Source: an uncultured Acidobacteriota bacterium (GTDB lineage: Bacteria > Acidobacteriota > Vicinamibacteria > Vicinamibacterales > UBA8438). Taken from it: a DNA stretch of 21,846 bases. Positions 10,052-19,381 of the stretch are shown one piece after another. The number at the start of each line of letters is the position of its first letter. Within the stretch, counting starts at the first letter, position 1. A program made the translations under genes and the position numbers. A model generated the notes under the pieces. That model ran no database searches and was not told the DNA's origin. It saw only the letters and a list, made by a program, of their open reading frames with translations. The DNA lies in contig CAJWLU010000038.1 of the NCBI GenBank assembly GCA_913043225.1, positions 1 to 21,846 of the forward strand, in the 5' to 3' direction.

Positions 10052-12627
10052 CAGCGAGCGTGATCGAGCGAGGCGGTTATGCGAGCTTGGCCCGACGGCC
10101 CGACCTCCACGGTCGTGACCCAGGCACGATAGCCATCCTGTCTGAACTCGACGTCATGGACGCCGAGCGACACGTTGGGAATCAACATCGGGGTCTCGCC
10201 GACCAGCTGACGGTCTAGCCAGACCTCGGACCCACGCGGGCGTGTGTCAACGAAGATGGATCCTACCCCAACCTGGCCCGTTTCCGGTGAGATGGTCTCC
10301 GAAAGCGGCTTCAGTGTCGCGTCGAGCGACGCAATCGGGTCGTCGGCCGAGATGACGACCTGACGCTCGTCGAGCTCGTATCCGTCCATCGAGAGCCGCA
10401 GCTGATAGCTCCCGGCGGCCAGACCCGCCAACGCGAACGGCGTTTGCCCACGCGGCTCGCCGTCAACCACGACATTGACCCCGGGCGGCGCGGAGCGCAC
10501 CAGGAGACGTCCCTCGACCACCGCGGGCGCCGGAGCGGCCCGCGCGGCCCTCAATTCTGGCACCGGGGACGAAGGCGCCACCGGCTCAAGTGCGGGAGGC
10601 CGCACAGCCGACGGCGTCTCGACCGCCGCCTCGCTGAAGGTCTGCCCGTCACCGTCGGACAAAGACAGTGCATCGGGCACCGCAGCCACTGGCTCGTCCG
10701 GCGGCACTTCACTGAGCGCTCCGGCCCTGGCCAGCGGCGGCGCGGCGTCCGCCGCCGAATCGCCTCCGCTCATCCAACCGAACCCAACGAAAAAGGCGAT
10801 GGCCACGATGAAGACCGCCAGCACCGCCCAGGGCAAGCGACGACTCTCTGTCTTCCAGGCGGCCGGCATCGCGCCGGCGGTCACATCGTCATCCTCGACC
10901 TCGTCGTAGTCCTCGTAGGCTCCCGGAATCTGAGGGTTGGCAGAGTGCTCCGACGCGGCCAGCGGGGAATGCTCAGGCTCGAGTTCGAAGAACTCCTCGG
11001 CCGGCTCCTCGTTCTGGGCGACCGGCATGCGATAGCCAGCCGGGGTCGGCGAGACAGGGCTCTCGACGCGCGGCTCGGAGAAAACCACCGATTCGGTGGG
11101 CTCGTTCCCCTGAAGGTCGAGAGTCGCGCCCGGGTCATCGTCGTACGCCGCCTCGGCCCGAACCTCCGGCGGATCGAGATGGATAGGCTCGTAAGCCGGC
11201 AACGAGTCCGGGGTGCTCGCGTCTTCCTCTTCCTCGCTCCAGTCCGGTACAGAGTACGCCGTCGAGGCCACGCCACCACCGCGATAACGCGCCTGGATCA
11301 CATCGAGCTCGACCTCCTCGGTCTCCGGAGCGTCGGGATCGTTGTCGGGCCTGCCGTCCTTGTCCGCAGACTCACTCCAAGCGTCGTCCGCGAGGGTCGT
11401 CTCGTCCTCCTCCACGTCCGCCTCGAACTCAAGTTCGGAGAATGTCTCCACTCGCTCTGGAGGCACCGGATTAATGAGAGCCGCCTCGTCGTCCTCGGCG
11501 GGCGCCGGGTTGTCCTCCGCAGCTTGCTCTTCAGCAAACAGCGGCTCAATCTCGTCGAACCCGGGCGCCGCGCCTCTCGCCGGACGGACGTCCCCCGGCT
11601 CGCGCGGCTCGTATTCCGGCTCCACACGCAAACTCTCGGACTCCCCACGATCGAGCATGTGTTCCGTCCAGTCGAGCGAACCCGCATCTTGTTCGGTTGG
11701 TCGCTTCGCTCTCGCCATCTCGGTCGCTCCTCGGTTCGACACCATTCCGGTCTCCGGCCCCGCCTCCCCACCGAGGGACTCCCCGGAAGGCACGGCGTGC
11801 GCCGACGGACCGGTCGGGGACCTCAGCGTCCCACCCCATCCCAGCGCATCGGCCAGATCATCGATGAAGCCGGTCGCGCTGCCAGGCCGAGCCGTCGGCT
11901 CGTCCGCCAGTGCCGCCTGGAAGAGCCGTCCAAGGCGAATTGTGTCGGCACCCGCAGGCGACGCGAGCGGCTCGATATTCGTGGGCGCCCCAGCGGCCCG
12001 CTTGCCAGTCAGTAACTCGAAGGCCAAGGTAGCCAGCGCAAAGCGATCGGCTGCCGGGCCCCAGTTCTCGCCTGCGATCTGCTCTGGCGCCGTATAGGGG
12101 CGTCTGAGCGGACCACTTAGTCCGACGCGCTCGAGCGCGGGCACCACACCCAGTCCGGTGACCTGGGCCAGTTCAGGGCTCACGAAGACGTCGCGCTGGT
12201 GCAGCGCGCCGTGACACAGGTCCTGCCCGTGGGCCAGATCTAACGCGGCCGCCAGTTGACGTAGACATAGCCCGGCCGTCTCCTCAGGCGCGGGCGCGTA
12301 GTTGCGAATGGCCACATCAAGCGACTCGGCCGCCACGTAGGCCTGGGCGAAATACGGCACGCCGTCGGCCAATCCAGCCCCGACGGGCCTGACGATGGCC
12401 GGGTGGACCGGCAGATCGGCAACGACCGCTTCCAAGGCCCGCGCGAGCGTCTCAGCCCGTTCCGGTGTCAGATCGAGATGGAACGCCTTGACCGCCACCA
12501 GCCGGCCGCGGTCAGGGTCAAAGCAGCGATAGACCGGACCGAGAACACCCACCCCGATCTGATGCATGACTCGGAAATCGCCGAATGCACCGGGGGCGCT
12601 AGATGCGGCGGGGTCGTCGAGTGTCAG
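10051..12627 (-). CDS. Membrane protein: N-terminal Hanks-type pseudokinase domain, long acidic linker, one TM helix, two C-terminal PEGA domains
   Basis: Kinase-like motifs are [38 protein letters not shown] and D-x-[10 protein letters not shown]. The TM helix is [22 protein letters not shown]. The PEGA repeats are [25 protein letters not shown] and [25 protein letters not shown]. The start is uncertain: I prefer CTG 12627 behind GGAGGT, while the track gives ATG 12687. Its TGA overlaps the carA ATG. Confidence 0.85.
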   Translation of the reverse strand: MTLDDPAASSAPGAFGDFRVMHQIGVGVLGPVYRCFDPDRGRLVAVKAFHLDLTPERAETLARALEAVVADLPVHPAIVRPVGAGLADGVPYFAQAYVAAESLDVAIRNYAPAPEETAGLCLRQLAAALDLAHGQDLCHGALHQRDVFVSPELAQVTGLGVVPALERVGLSGPLRRPYTAPEQIAGENWGPAADRFALATLAFELLTGKRAAGAPTNIEPLASPAGADTIRLGRLFQAALADEPTARPGSATGFIDDLADALGWGGTLRSPTGPSAHAVPSGESLGGEAGPETGMVSNRGATEMARAKRPTEQDAGSLDWTEHMLDRGESESLRVEPEYEPREPGDVRPARGAAPGFDEIEPLFAEEQAAEDNPAPAEDDEAALINPVPPERVETFSELEFEADVEEDETTLADDAWSESADKDGRPDNDPDAPETEEVELDVIQARYRGGGVASTAYSVPDWSEEEEDASTPDSLPAYEPIHLDPPEVRAEAAYDDDPGATLDLQGNEPTESVVFSEPRVESPVSPTPAGYRMPVAQNEEPAEEFFELEPEHSPLAASEHSANPQIPGAYEDYDEVEDDDVTAGAMPAAWKTESRRLPWAVLAVFIVAIAFFVGFGWMSGGDSAADAAPPLARAGALSEVPPDEPVAAVPDALSLSDGDGQTFSEAAVETPSAVRPPALEPVAPSSPVPELRAARAAPAPAVVEGRLLVRSAPPGVNVVVDGEPRGQTPFALAGLAAGSYQLRLSMDGYELDERQVVISADDPIASLDATLKPLSETISPETGQVGVGSIFVDTRPRGSEVWLDRQLVGETPMLIPNVSLGVHDVEFRQDGYRAWVTTVEVGPSGQARITASLDHAR

Positions 12628-12654
12628 GGGGGCTGTACCTCCAGCTGGGTTCTC

Positions 12655-12684
12655 AGAATAACACGGAACTACACTATTTTTCAA
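12655..12684 (-). promoter_or_regulatory. Putative sigma70 promoter for the pseudokinase-carA-carB operon
   Basis: The minus strand reads TTGAAA-N18-TATTCT with TG-n (extended -10) directly before the hexamer, in an AT-rich patch, followed by SD GGAGGT at 12637-12642. Confidence 0.6.
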
Positions 12685-12793
12685 CATGATAGACCAGATC
12701 TGAGCGGCCTACGCCACGGACCGGTCCGTCTTGAACCGCCACGCGCGCCATCGTCTTGACACCCCACTCCGGCTCTGCGACAGTGGAGGGTCC

Positions 12794-14440
12794 GTGCCTG
12801 CCGACAGCTCCGAGGCCACACTGGCCGCCCTCGCCTTCGATTTCGCTCAGGTCCCCGGTGTTCGCCCGTTGGCCGCGGCCTACGCGGCTGGCACGCCGGA
12901 AATCGCCCCGTTCTTTAACGGCCTACCGGGCGACGACGACGCCTGGAACGCGGCCGTGAGCGCCGCGCGGGCTGCACACCCCGACCGACCGGTCATCGAG
13001 GCTCTCACAGCCCAACTCGCCGGCCGGGGGGCCCCGAATGCCGCGAAGGAGGCGCTCGCGCGGCTCGCCGACCCGACGACGGTGGCCGTGGTCACCGGTC
13101 AGCAGGCAGGATTGTTCGGCGGGCCGCTCTACACGCTGTTGAAAGCGATCACAGCGCTGCGACTGGCCCGGCGGCTGGAAGCGAACCGTGGTGTGCCGGC
13201 CGTCGCCGTGTTCTGGGTAGACGCTGAAGATCACGACCTCGACGAGATCCGTAGCTGCGAGGTCATCGGCCCGGACGGGCAACCGGCCGCCGTGTCCATA
13301 GCCCTCCCGCCGTCGGCGGCAGGGACACCGGCGTCGACCGTCACCCTGGGGAATGAGTCGAACACCTTACTCGATCAGCTCAGCGCGTTGCTCGCATCCA
13401 CAGACTTCACCGAATCGCTCCTCGGTAAGCTGAGGACAGCGTACGGCCCGGGGCACGGACTGGTCGAAGGGTTCGCCCGATGGCTCGAGCAGCTACTGGG
13501 GCGCCACGGTCTCGTCGTGTTCGACGCCTCAGACCCGGCGGCGAAGCAGCACGTGGCCGACCTCTTCGAACGGGAGATCACAACCAAGGGGCATACCGCC
13601 GTCCTGGCCAGTTCGGCAGGCGAGGCGCTCGAAGCGGCCGGGTTCCACGCCCAGGTCACTCCGAAACCGAACAGTCTGGCGCTATTCGTGACCGACGGCA
13701 CCCGTCAGGCGGTCCGTTGTGACGACGACGAGCTTCTGGTCGGCGACACGAAGCTCAGCCGGGAGGCGCTACTCGCCCGACTCGCCACGGATCCGACGGC
13801 ATTCGGCCCGAACGTCCTCCTGCGCCCGCTCGTGCAAGACCGTCTGTTTCCAACGGTGTGCTACGTAGCGGGCCCGAATGAGCTGGCCTACCTGGCCCAG
13901 CTCAAGGACGTGTACGCCCACTTCGACATCCCGATGCCACTCGTCGCCAATCGGCTCACCGCGACCCTGGTCGACACCGCGGTGGTTAAGTTCCTCCGCC
14001 GGCACGAAATGTCCCTGGCCGAGCTCGGTCGTCAGGACGAGGCGGCGCTCAACCAACTCCTGACCAACCAGCTGCCAGCCAGCGTTGAACAAACGCTCGA
14101 AATAGCGGGCACCAACCTCAAGCACCAACTTGACCTGGTGTCGACGGCGGTGGCCACGGTGGACCCCACTCTTAAAGGAGCCGCCGGATCCACTCTCGGC
14201 CGGATGGAACGGGAGCTCCGAAACCTACAGAGCAAAGTGGTCCAAGCCGCCAAACGGCGGGACCAGACGCTGCGCCGGCAGTTCCAGCGAGCGCAAAGCC
14301 AGCTATTCCCGGGAGGGGGCGCGCAAGAACGCAGCCTGGCCGGTGTCTACTTCCTGAACAAGTACGGGGACGCTCTCATCGACCGGTTGCTGAACGATCC
14401 CGAGCTCGATACCGACCGTCACTGGATCATCACCATCTGA
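12794..14440 (+). CDS. bshC: Bacillithiol biosynthesis cysteine-adding enzyme BshC
   Basis: Contains VVTGQQAGLFGGPLYTLLKAIT, VFWVDAEDHDLDEI, PNVLLRPLVQDRLFPTVCYVAGPNELAYLAQL, a C-terminal coiled coil and the QER motif. GTG 12794 follows GGAGG and gives 548 aa; the track start is TTG 12731. Confidence 0.93.
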   Translation: MPADSSEATLAALAFDFAQVPGVRPLAAAYAAGTPEIAPFFNGLPGDDDAWNAAVSAARAAHPDRPVIEALTAQLAGRGAPNAAKEALARLADPTTVAVVTGQQAGLFGGPLYTLLKAITALRLARRLEANRGVPAVAVFWVDAEDHDLDEIRSCEVIGPDGQPAAVSIALPPSAAGTPASTVTLGNESNTLLDQLSALLASTDFTESLLGKLRTAYGPGHGLVEGFARWLEQLLGRHGLVVFDASDPAAKQHVADLFEREITTKGHTAVLASSAGEALEAAGFHAQVTPKPNSLALFVTDGTRQAVRCDDDELLVGDTKLSREALLARLATDPTAFGPNVLLRPLVQDRLFPTVCYVAGPNELAYLAQLKDVYAHFDIPMPLVANRLTATLVDTAVVKFLRRHEMSLAELGRQDEAALNQLLTNQLPASVEQTLEIAGTNLKHQLDLVSTAVATVDPTLKGAAGSTLGRMERELRNLQSKVVQAAKRRDQTLRRQFQRAQSQLFPGGGAQERSLAGVYFLNKYGDALIDRLLNDPELDTDRHWIITI

Positions 14441-14556
14441 CGTTCCATATTTTTTCCACACCGCGGCCGCTGACCGGGGCCGAGGCAGTTTCCGATCTGG
14501 ACCGTCTTCATGCAGGAGGCACTGAACGAGGCGCCAAGCCGCCCGCATGACCCAGG

Positions 14557-14562
14557 TATACT
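14557..14562 (+). promoter_or_regulatory. Putative -10 element (TATACT) 6 nt before the PPIase ATG
   Basis: TATACT-TGAGTG-ATG, a spacing typical of leaderless transcripts. Confidence 0.55.
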
Positions 14563-14568
14563 TGAGTG

Positions 14569-15633
14569 ATGGTCACCTGGGTTCGCTCCCGTCACTGGCC
14601 GTTCCTTGCCCTACTGGCGATGGCCACCGCCTGCGCCGGCCCTGCTCCCACGTCGTCGAAGGAAACACCGGCTGACGAAACGCCGGCGGCCACAGCCTCC
14701 CTCACGTCCGAGGCACCCGAGGTTCCACCCGTGAACCCGGTACCCGAAGTGCTGCCGGACGTGGTCGCGCGGGTAAACGACACCGCGATCACGGCCGACG
14801 AACTCGAGCGTGCGGTACGCAGCGCCGAGATACAGGCGGGACAGCCGCTTCCCGCCCAATTTCGGGATCAGGTCTACCGCTCTATCCTCGATCAGCTGGT
14901 GAGCTTTCACCTGCTGCTCCAGGAATCCGAATTACTGAGCCTGACGATCGGCGAGGCCGAGCTTGAGGAGCGGATCGACGGGATGCGCGGCAACTTCCCC
15001 GACGAGGAGGCCTTCCAAGCCCAGCTCGCGAACTGGGAAACAACCTTGGACGCCGTGCGGGAAGAAACGCGCCGCGACCTTCAGGTGGAACAGGTGATCG
15101 CCTCGCAGGTGCTCCCTGGAATCGACATCGACGCCGAAACGGCACGAGCGTTCTACGACGAGCACCCGGAACAGTTCACCCGGGCAGGCGGGCGAGAGGC
15201 GCGGCATCTGCTGATCGGCGTGAGTCCCAACGCGAGCGACAACGATAAGATTGAGGCCCGGACCCGCGCGACCGAACTCCGCCAGCAGGTGCTCGACGGC
15301 GCCGACTTCGCGGAACTAGCAGGCAACCAGTCCGAGGATCCCGGGTCGGCCGAGAACGGTGGGTCGGTCGGGCTGGTTGTACCCGGGCAGACCGTACCGC
15401 CATTCGAGCAGGCGCTATTCGCGCTCAAAGAGGGCGAGACCAGCGAGGTGGTAGAGACGCCCTTCGGCTTCCACGTCATCCAGATGACAGGCGTCCAAGA
15501 GCCCCAGCTGGTCTCATTCGAGGAAACCAGCCTCGAGATCCAGCAATTCCTGGCGACCCAAGAACAGCAGGCGCGCACCGAAACGTTCCTACAGTCGCTA
15601 CGGGACAAGAGCACCATCGAGATCCTGATCTGA
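14569..15633 (+). CDS. PrsA/SurA-like parvulin peptidyl-prolyl isomerase, lipoprotein
   Basis: Signal peptide with lipobox-like LLAMATAC; SurA_N-like VVARVNDTAIT; parvulin domain ARHLLI...GADFAELA..QSEDPGSAENGGSVG...PPFEQALFALKEGETSEVVETPFGFHVI. Confidence 0.9.
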   Translation: MVTWVRSRHWPFLALLAMATACAGPAPTSSKETPADETPAATASLTSEAPEVPPVNPVPEVLPDVVARVNDTAITADELERAVRSAEIQAGQPLPAQFRDQVYRSILDQLVSFHLLLQESELLSLTIGEAELEERIDGMRGNFPDEEAFQAQLANWETTLDAVREETRRDLQVEQVIASQVLPGIDIDAETARAFYDEHPEQFTRAGGREARHLLIGVSPNASDNDKIEARTRATELRQQVLDGADFAELAGNQSEDPGSAENGGSVGLVVPGQTVPPFEQALFALKEGETSEVVETPFGFHVIQMTGVQEPQLVSFEETSLEIQQFLATQEQQARTETFLQSLRDKSTIEILI

Positions 15634-15659
15634 GCCGGCCGCCGGCATACGAGAGCACG

Positions 15660-16526
15660 ATGCGAAACGAAGACGTCTTCGAGGCGGTCGCCGCGGCACT
15701 GCAGCGGGGCGAACAGGCCGCACTGGTGACCATTATCCGGGCACAAGGTTCGACTCCACAGCGGGTGGGAGCCAAGATGCTCGTCTACCCCGACGGGCGG
15801 ATCGTGGGCACGATCGGTGGGGGCTGCTACGAGAACGAAGCCTCGCTGAAGGCGAGAACGGCCATCCAGACCCGCCAGCCGATGACCGCCAAATACGAAC
15901 TATCCGACGACCTGGCAGAGGATTCCGGTTTGATCTGCGGGGGACAAATGGAGGTCTACATCGAACCTCTCGAGCCGGCGCCCGCCCTCTATCTCGTCGG
16001 TGGCGGGCACGTGGCCTATCACCTGGCCGAAGTCGCCCACACGGTCGGATTCAAGCTGCACGTCATCGACGACCGCGAGAAGTTTGCCAATGCCGAGCGG
16101 TTTCCGTATGCCGAGGAGATCGTTATCGACAACATCCCGACCTGGCTAGCCGCGGCCGAGCTCCCGTCCCACGCCTATGCGGTGATCCTGACGCGCGGAC
16201 ACCGGCACGATCTCGACGCGCTGCGGGCACTGGCGCCGAAGACACTTCGCTATCTAGGGCTGATCGGTAGTCGGGCCAAAGTAGCCCGGATCTACGAGGC
16301 GCTGGAAGCCGAGGGAATCGCGACAGAACAGCTGCAACAGGTGCACGCCCCGGTGGGGCTCGATCTCGGAGCGGTAACGCCACAAGAGATCGCCATCAGT
16401 ATCCTGGCCGAGTTGATCGCGGTGAAGTACGGCAAGCTTGGCGTCCCCGCTGCCGACGCCGACAGACCGGCCCAATCTCTGCGGTGGGCACCACCGACCA
16501 CCCCCGAAACCGCGGTCTCAGGCTAG
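15660..16526 (+). CDS. XdhC/CoxI family molybdoenzyme maturation protein
   Basis: Contains ALVTIIRAQGSTPQRVGAKMLV, GTIGGGCYE, GLICGGQMEVYIEP, LYLVGGGHVA, DDREKFAN, TRGHRHD, YLGLIGSRAK and APVGLDLGAVTPQEIAISILAE. Confidence 0.92.
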   Translation: MRNEDVFEAVAAALQRGEQAALVTIIRAQGSTPQRVGAKMLVYPDGRIVGTIGGGCYENEASLKARTAIQTRQPMTAKYELSDDLAEDSGLICGGQMEVYIEPLEPAPALYLVGGGHVAYHLAEVAHTVGFKLHVIDDREKFANAERFPYAEEIVIDNIPTWLAAAELPSHAYAVILTRGHRHDLDALRALAPKTLRYLGLIGSRAKVARIYEALEAEGIATEQLQQVHAPVGLDLGAVTPQEIAISILAELIAVKYGKLGVPAADADRPAQSLRWAPPTTPETAVSG

Positions 16527-16578
16527 CTCCGCGCACCCAAGCGGCCGACCCGGCGTGAGTCGTGGCAGGGTCGTCCTA

Positions 16579-16584
16579 TATACT
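16579..16584 (+). promoter_or_regulatory. Putative -10 element (TATACT) 6 nt before the hrcA GTG
   Basis: TATACT-GCAAGC-GTG with no SD present. Confidence 0.6.
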
Positions 16585-16590
16585 GCAAGC

Positions 16591-17697
16591 GTGTTGTCTC
16601 GGAAGTCAGCGGCGGGCTCGCTCCCCGACCGCAGCCGTCGAGTACTCGCGGCGCTCATCCAGGAATACATCAACCACGGCAGCCCAGTGTCGTCCCGGCG
16701 GCTGGCGGAGCACGGAGGCTTTGGTCTCTCCTCGGCCACGGTCCGGAACATCCTGGCCAGCCTTGAGGAATCAGGCTACGTCAACCAGCCCCATACCTCG
16801 GCCGGTCGAGTCCCGACCGACCTGGGTTATCGATGCTACGTGGACCTGCTCCTCGAACACCGCCACGCCACCCGGTCCACCTCGGAGGTCGAGGCGCGCC
16901 TTCGCCAGGCGGGCTCGGTCTCTGGCGTGCTGTCCAACGTGTCCCACGAGCTCTCGCGAGTCTCACACCACCTGGGGTTCGCCCTGGCTCCCACCAACGA
17001 GATGGCAGGATTCGAACACATCGAATTCGTGCCGCTCGAGGGCACCCGCATCCTCGTCCTCGTGACCGCCCAGGGCCAGCAGGTCCGTCACAAGGTGGTC
17101 GATATTGGCGAGCCGATCGGCCGGCGTGAACTCGAGCAGGGAGCGAACTATCTGAATCGGAAGTTCCGCGGTCGAACGCTCGGAGACGTGCACGCGGAGG
17201 TCATTGAGCGCCTGCGCCAGGAGCAGGTGCTCTACGACGAGCTGCTATCCCGATCGCTCCGCCTTGCCAGCTCGACCCTCGAAGATATGGTGCCACGCGA
17301 CAATGTGTTCATCGAAGGCGTCACGTTTCTGTTCGACGAGGTATCGATCGATGACGGCTCGGCGCAGGTCGCCACGATGCGGACTCTGGTCTCGATGATG
17401 CAGGAGAAGCATCGGCTAGTCCGCCTGCTAGGCGAATATCTCGGAACCGACGGACTCACCGTAGTGATCGGCACTGAGCACTCGTCGGCCGACCTCCAAC
17501 CATTCAGTTTGATCGCCTCAACCTACTTCGACGGACGGCAAACCGGGACCGTCGGCGTCATCGGCCCTCGTCGCATGCGCTACTCGCGGGCTATTGCCGC
17601 CGTCGACAGCGTGTCACAGGCCGTGAGCCGGGTCCTGGTCGGTCATTCCACCCCATCGGCAGACGATGCAAGACGAGCACCCAGCGAGACCGACTAA
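16591..17697 (+). CDS. hrcA: Heat-inducible transcriptional repressor HrcA
   Basis: Contains RSRRVLAALIQEYI..GSPVSSRRL, LSSATVRN, LEESGYVNQPHTSAGRVPTDLGYRCYVD, VVIGTE and GTVGVIGPRRMRY. I chose start GTG 16591 because the track start 16438 overlaps xdhC. Confidence 0.96.
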   Translation: MLSRKSAAGSLPDRSRRVLAALIQEYINHGSPVSSRRLAEHGGFGLSSATVRNILASLEESGYVNQPHTSAGRVPTDLGYRCYVDLLLEHRHATRSTSEVEARLRQAGSVSGVLSNVSHELSRVSHHLGFALAPTNEMAGFEHIEFVPLEGTRILVLVTAQGQQVRHKVVDIGEPIGRRELEQGANYLNRKFRGRTLGDVHAEVIERLRQEQVLYDELLSRSLRLASSTLEDMVPRDNVFIEGVTFLFDEVSIDDGSAQVATMRTLVSMMQEKHRLVRLLGEYLGTDGLTVVIGTEHSSADLQPFSLIASTYFDGRQTGTVGVIGPRRMRYSRAIAAVDSVSQAVSRVLVGHSTPSADDARRAPSETD

Positions 17698-18247
17698 ACA
17701 GGACGACGCGCCGGCGGCCTCCGCCGCCGAGGCACCGGTATCCGAGCCCCAGGCGGCCCAGCCTCCCGACGGCACGGATACGGCGAGCGACGAGGCCCCG
17801 GCCGCATCGCCCGACGAGCTCCGGCGTCAGCGCGACGACTACTACGACCGGCTACTGCGAGCCACAGCCGAGTTCGACAACTTCCGGAAGCGCACGGACC
17901 GCGAGCGCCGCGAGCTGGCCGAGCACGCCGCCCGGGACCTGCTCGCCGACCTGCTCCCGATCGTCGACGATCTCGAACGAGCGCTGGCCGCCGAGGCCGA
18001 CGACGGCGAGGTCTATCGTCGCGGGGTGGAAATCATCTACAAGCAGCTGCTCGAACTGCTGTCACGCCACGGGGTCGCCCCAATCGAAGCGCTTGGCGCC
18101 AACTTCGACCCTAACTTGCACCAGGCCGTGATGCACGAACCGAGCGATACCCATCGCGATGGTGAGATTGTCGAGGAGATGCGACGGGGCTACATGCTGC
18201 GCGACCGGCTCCTGCGCGCCGCGATGGTGAAGGTGGCCAAGGCGTGA
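17666..18247 (+). CDS. grpE: Nucleotide exchange factor GrpE
   Basis: Contains [37 protein letters not shown] and [17 protein letters not shown]. Overlaps the end of hrcA by 32 nt. Confidence 0.96.
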   Translation: MQDEHPARPTKQDDAPAASAAEAPVSEPQAAQPPDGTDTASDEAPAASPDELRRQRDDYYDRLLRATAEFDNFRKRTDRERRELAEHAARDLLADLLPIVDDLERALAAEADDGEVYRRGVEIIYKQLLELLSRHGVAPIEALGANFDPNLHQAVMHEPSDTHRDGEIVEEMRRGYMLRDRLLRAAMVKVAKA

Positions 18248-19377
18248 GTCAGCGCGACTACTACGACGTGCTCGGCGTGCCGAAGAACGCCGGCGAGGCG
18301 GAGGTCAAGAGCGCCTATCGCAAGATGGCGCTCAAGTATCATCCCGACCGGAATCCCGATGACAAGAGAGCCGAAGAGAAGTTCAAGCAGGCCGCAGAGG
18401 CCTACGCGGTGCTCGCCGATCCAGAGAAGCGCAGGCGCTATGACCAATTTGGCCACGCCGGCGTCGGCGCCGGTGGCCAGGGTGGCCAACCGTTCGACCC
18501 GACGGTGTTCGCTGACTTCGGTGACATCCTAGGTGGACTGGGCGATCTCTTTGGGTTTAGCGGCGGCGGGCGACGCGGCCCGCGCCGTGGAACCGATCTC
18601 CGCTACGACCTCGAGATCTCGTTTGAGGAAGCGGCTTCCGGCACCGAGACCACGCTACAGATCCCACGCGAGGAACAGTGCGACACCTGCGGCGGGTCTG
18701 GTTCGGCGCCCGGGAGCACGCCGGAGAAGTGCGGCCAGTGCCAGGGGCGCGGCCAGGTCCGCTTCCAGCAGGGGTTCTTCACCGTCGCCCGGACCTGCCC
18801 GCAGTGCGGAGGTATCGGCCGCGTTATTGCCAAGCCCTGCCAGACCTGCAACGGCCACGGACGGGTGGGACGCGAGCGGAAGCTGACGGTGAAGATTCCC
18901 CCCGGCATCTCCAGCGCGCAGCGGCTGCGTCTCACCGGCGAAGGCGAGCACGGCGGTCCCGGTGCTCCGCCCGGCGACCTCTATGTGGTCGTCCATGTCA
19001 ACGATCACGAGTTCTTCCACCGCGAGGGCGACGACCTCTACTGCGACATGCCGATCAGCTTCCCTACCCTGGTACTTGGGGGGGAAATCGAGGTACCGAC
19101 ACTAAAGGACGCCGCCACGATCCAGATTCCCAAAGGCACGCAGGCGGATACCCGCTTCCGGTTACGAGGACATGGGATGCCGCATGTAAACGGCCGCGGT
19201 CATGGTGACCTGTACGTGGGCGTCAAGGTCATGGTGCCAAAGAAGCTGTCGCGCGAGCAAAAGTCGCTCATCGAGGACCTCGACCAGACGATGCCGGAGC
19301 GTGTCGACACGCCGATGGCCAGTAACCCGGACGAGGACCGCCCCTTCTTCGAGCGAGTCAAAGACATCTTCGGGTAA
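18244..19377 (+). CDS. dnaJ: Molecular chaperone DnaJ (class A)
   Basis: J domain ([11 protein letters not shown]), G/F region, four CxxCxGxG repeats ([32 protein letters not shown]), GDLYV, and C-terminal [14 protein letters not shown] overlap with grpE. Confidence 0.98.
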   Translation: MSQRDYYDVLGVPKNAGEAEVKSAYRKMALKYHPDRNPDDKRAEEKFKQAAEAYAVLADPEKRRRYDQFGHAGVGAGGQGGQPFDPTVFADFGDILGGLGDLFGFSGGGRRGPRRGTDLRYDLEISFEEAASGTETTLQIPREEQCDTCGGSGSAPGSTPEKCGQCQGRGQVRFQQGFFTVARTCPQCGGIGRVIAKPCQTCNGHGRVGRERKLTVKIPPGISSAQRLRLTGEGEHGGPGAPPGDLYVVVHVNDHEFFHREGDDLYCDMPISFPTLVLGGEIEVPTLKDAATIQIPKGTQADTRFRLRGHGMPHVNGRGHGDLYVGVKVMVPKKLSREQKSLIEDLDQTMPERVDTPMASNPDEDRPFFERVKDIFG

Positions 19378-19381
19378 GCCC

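Noticed and set aside
10444..12097. 523-aa Arg-rich and 251-aa Ser-rich plus-strand ORFs
   Set aside because: Antisense frames of the acidic low-complexity linker of the pseudokinase gene; their composition mirrors its codons.
14452..14460. TTTTCCACA matches the DnaA-box consensus TTWTNCACA
   Set aside because: A single box with no cluster, no AT-rich unwinding element and no dnaA/dnaN nearby; insufficient for an origin or regulatory call.
16438..16590. ORF-track N-terminal extensions of hrcA (likewise prmA from 19202 and the RsbW-like ORF from 2447)
   Set aside because: They overlap neighbouring genes and precede the homologous N-termini; downstream starts fit better.
17475..17483. CIRCE-like half site TGAGCACTC inside hrcA (a similar one lies inside cysS near 1132-1140)
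   Set aside because: No matching GAGTGCTAA arm 9 nt downstream, and both are inside coding sequence.
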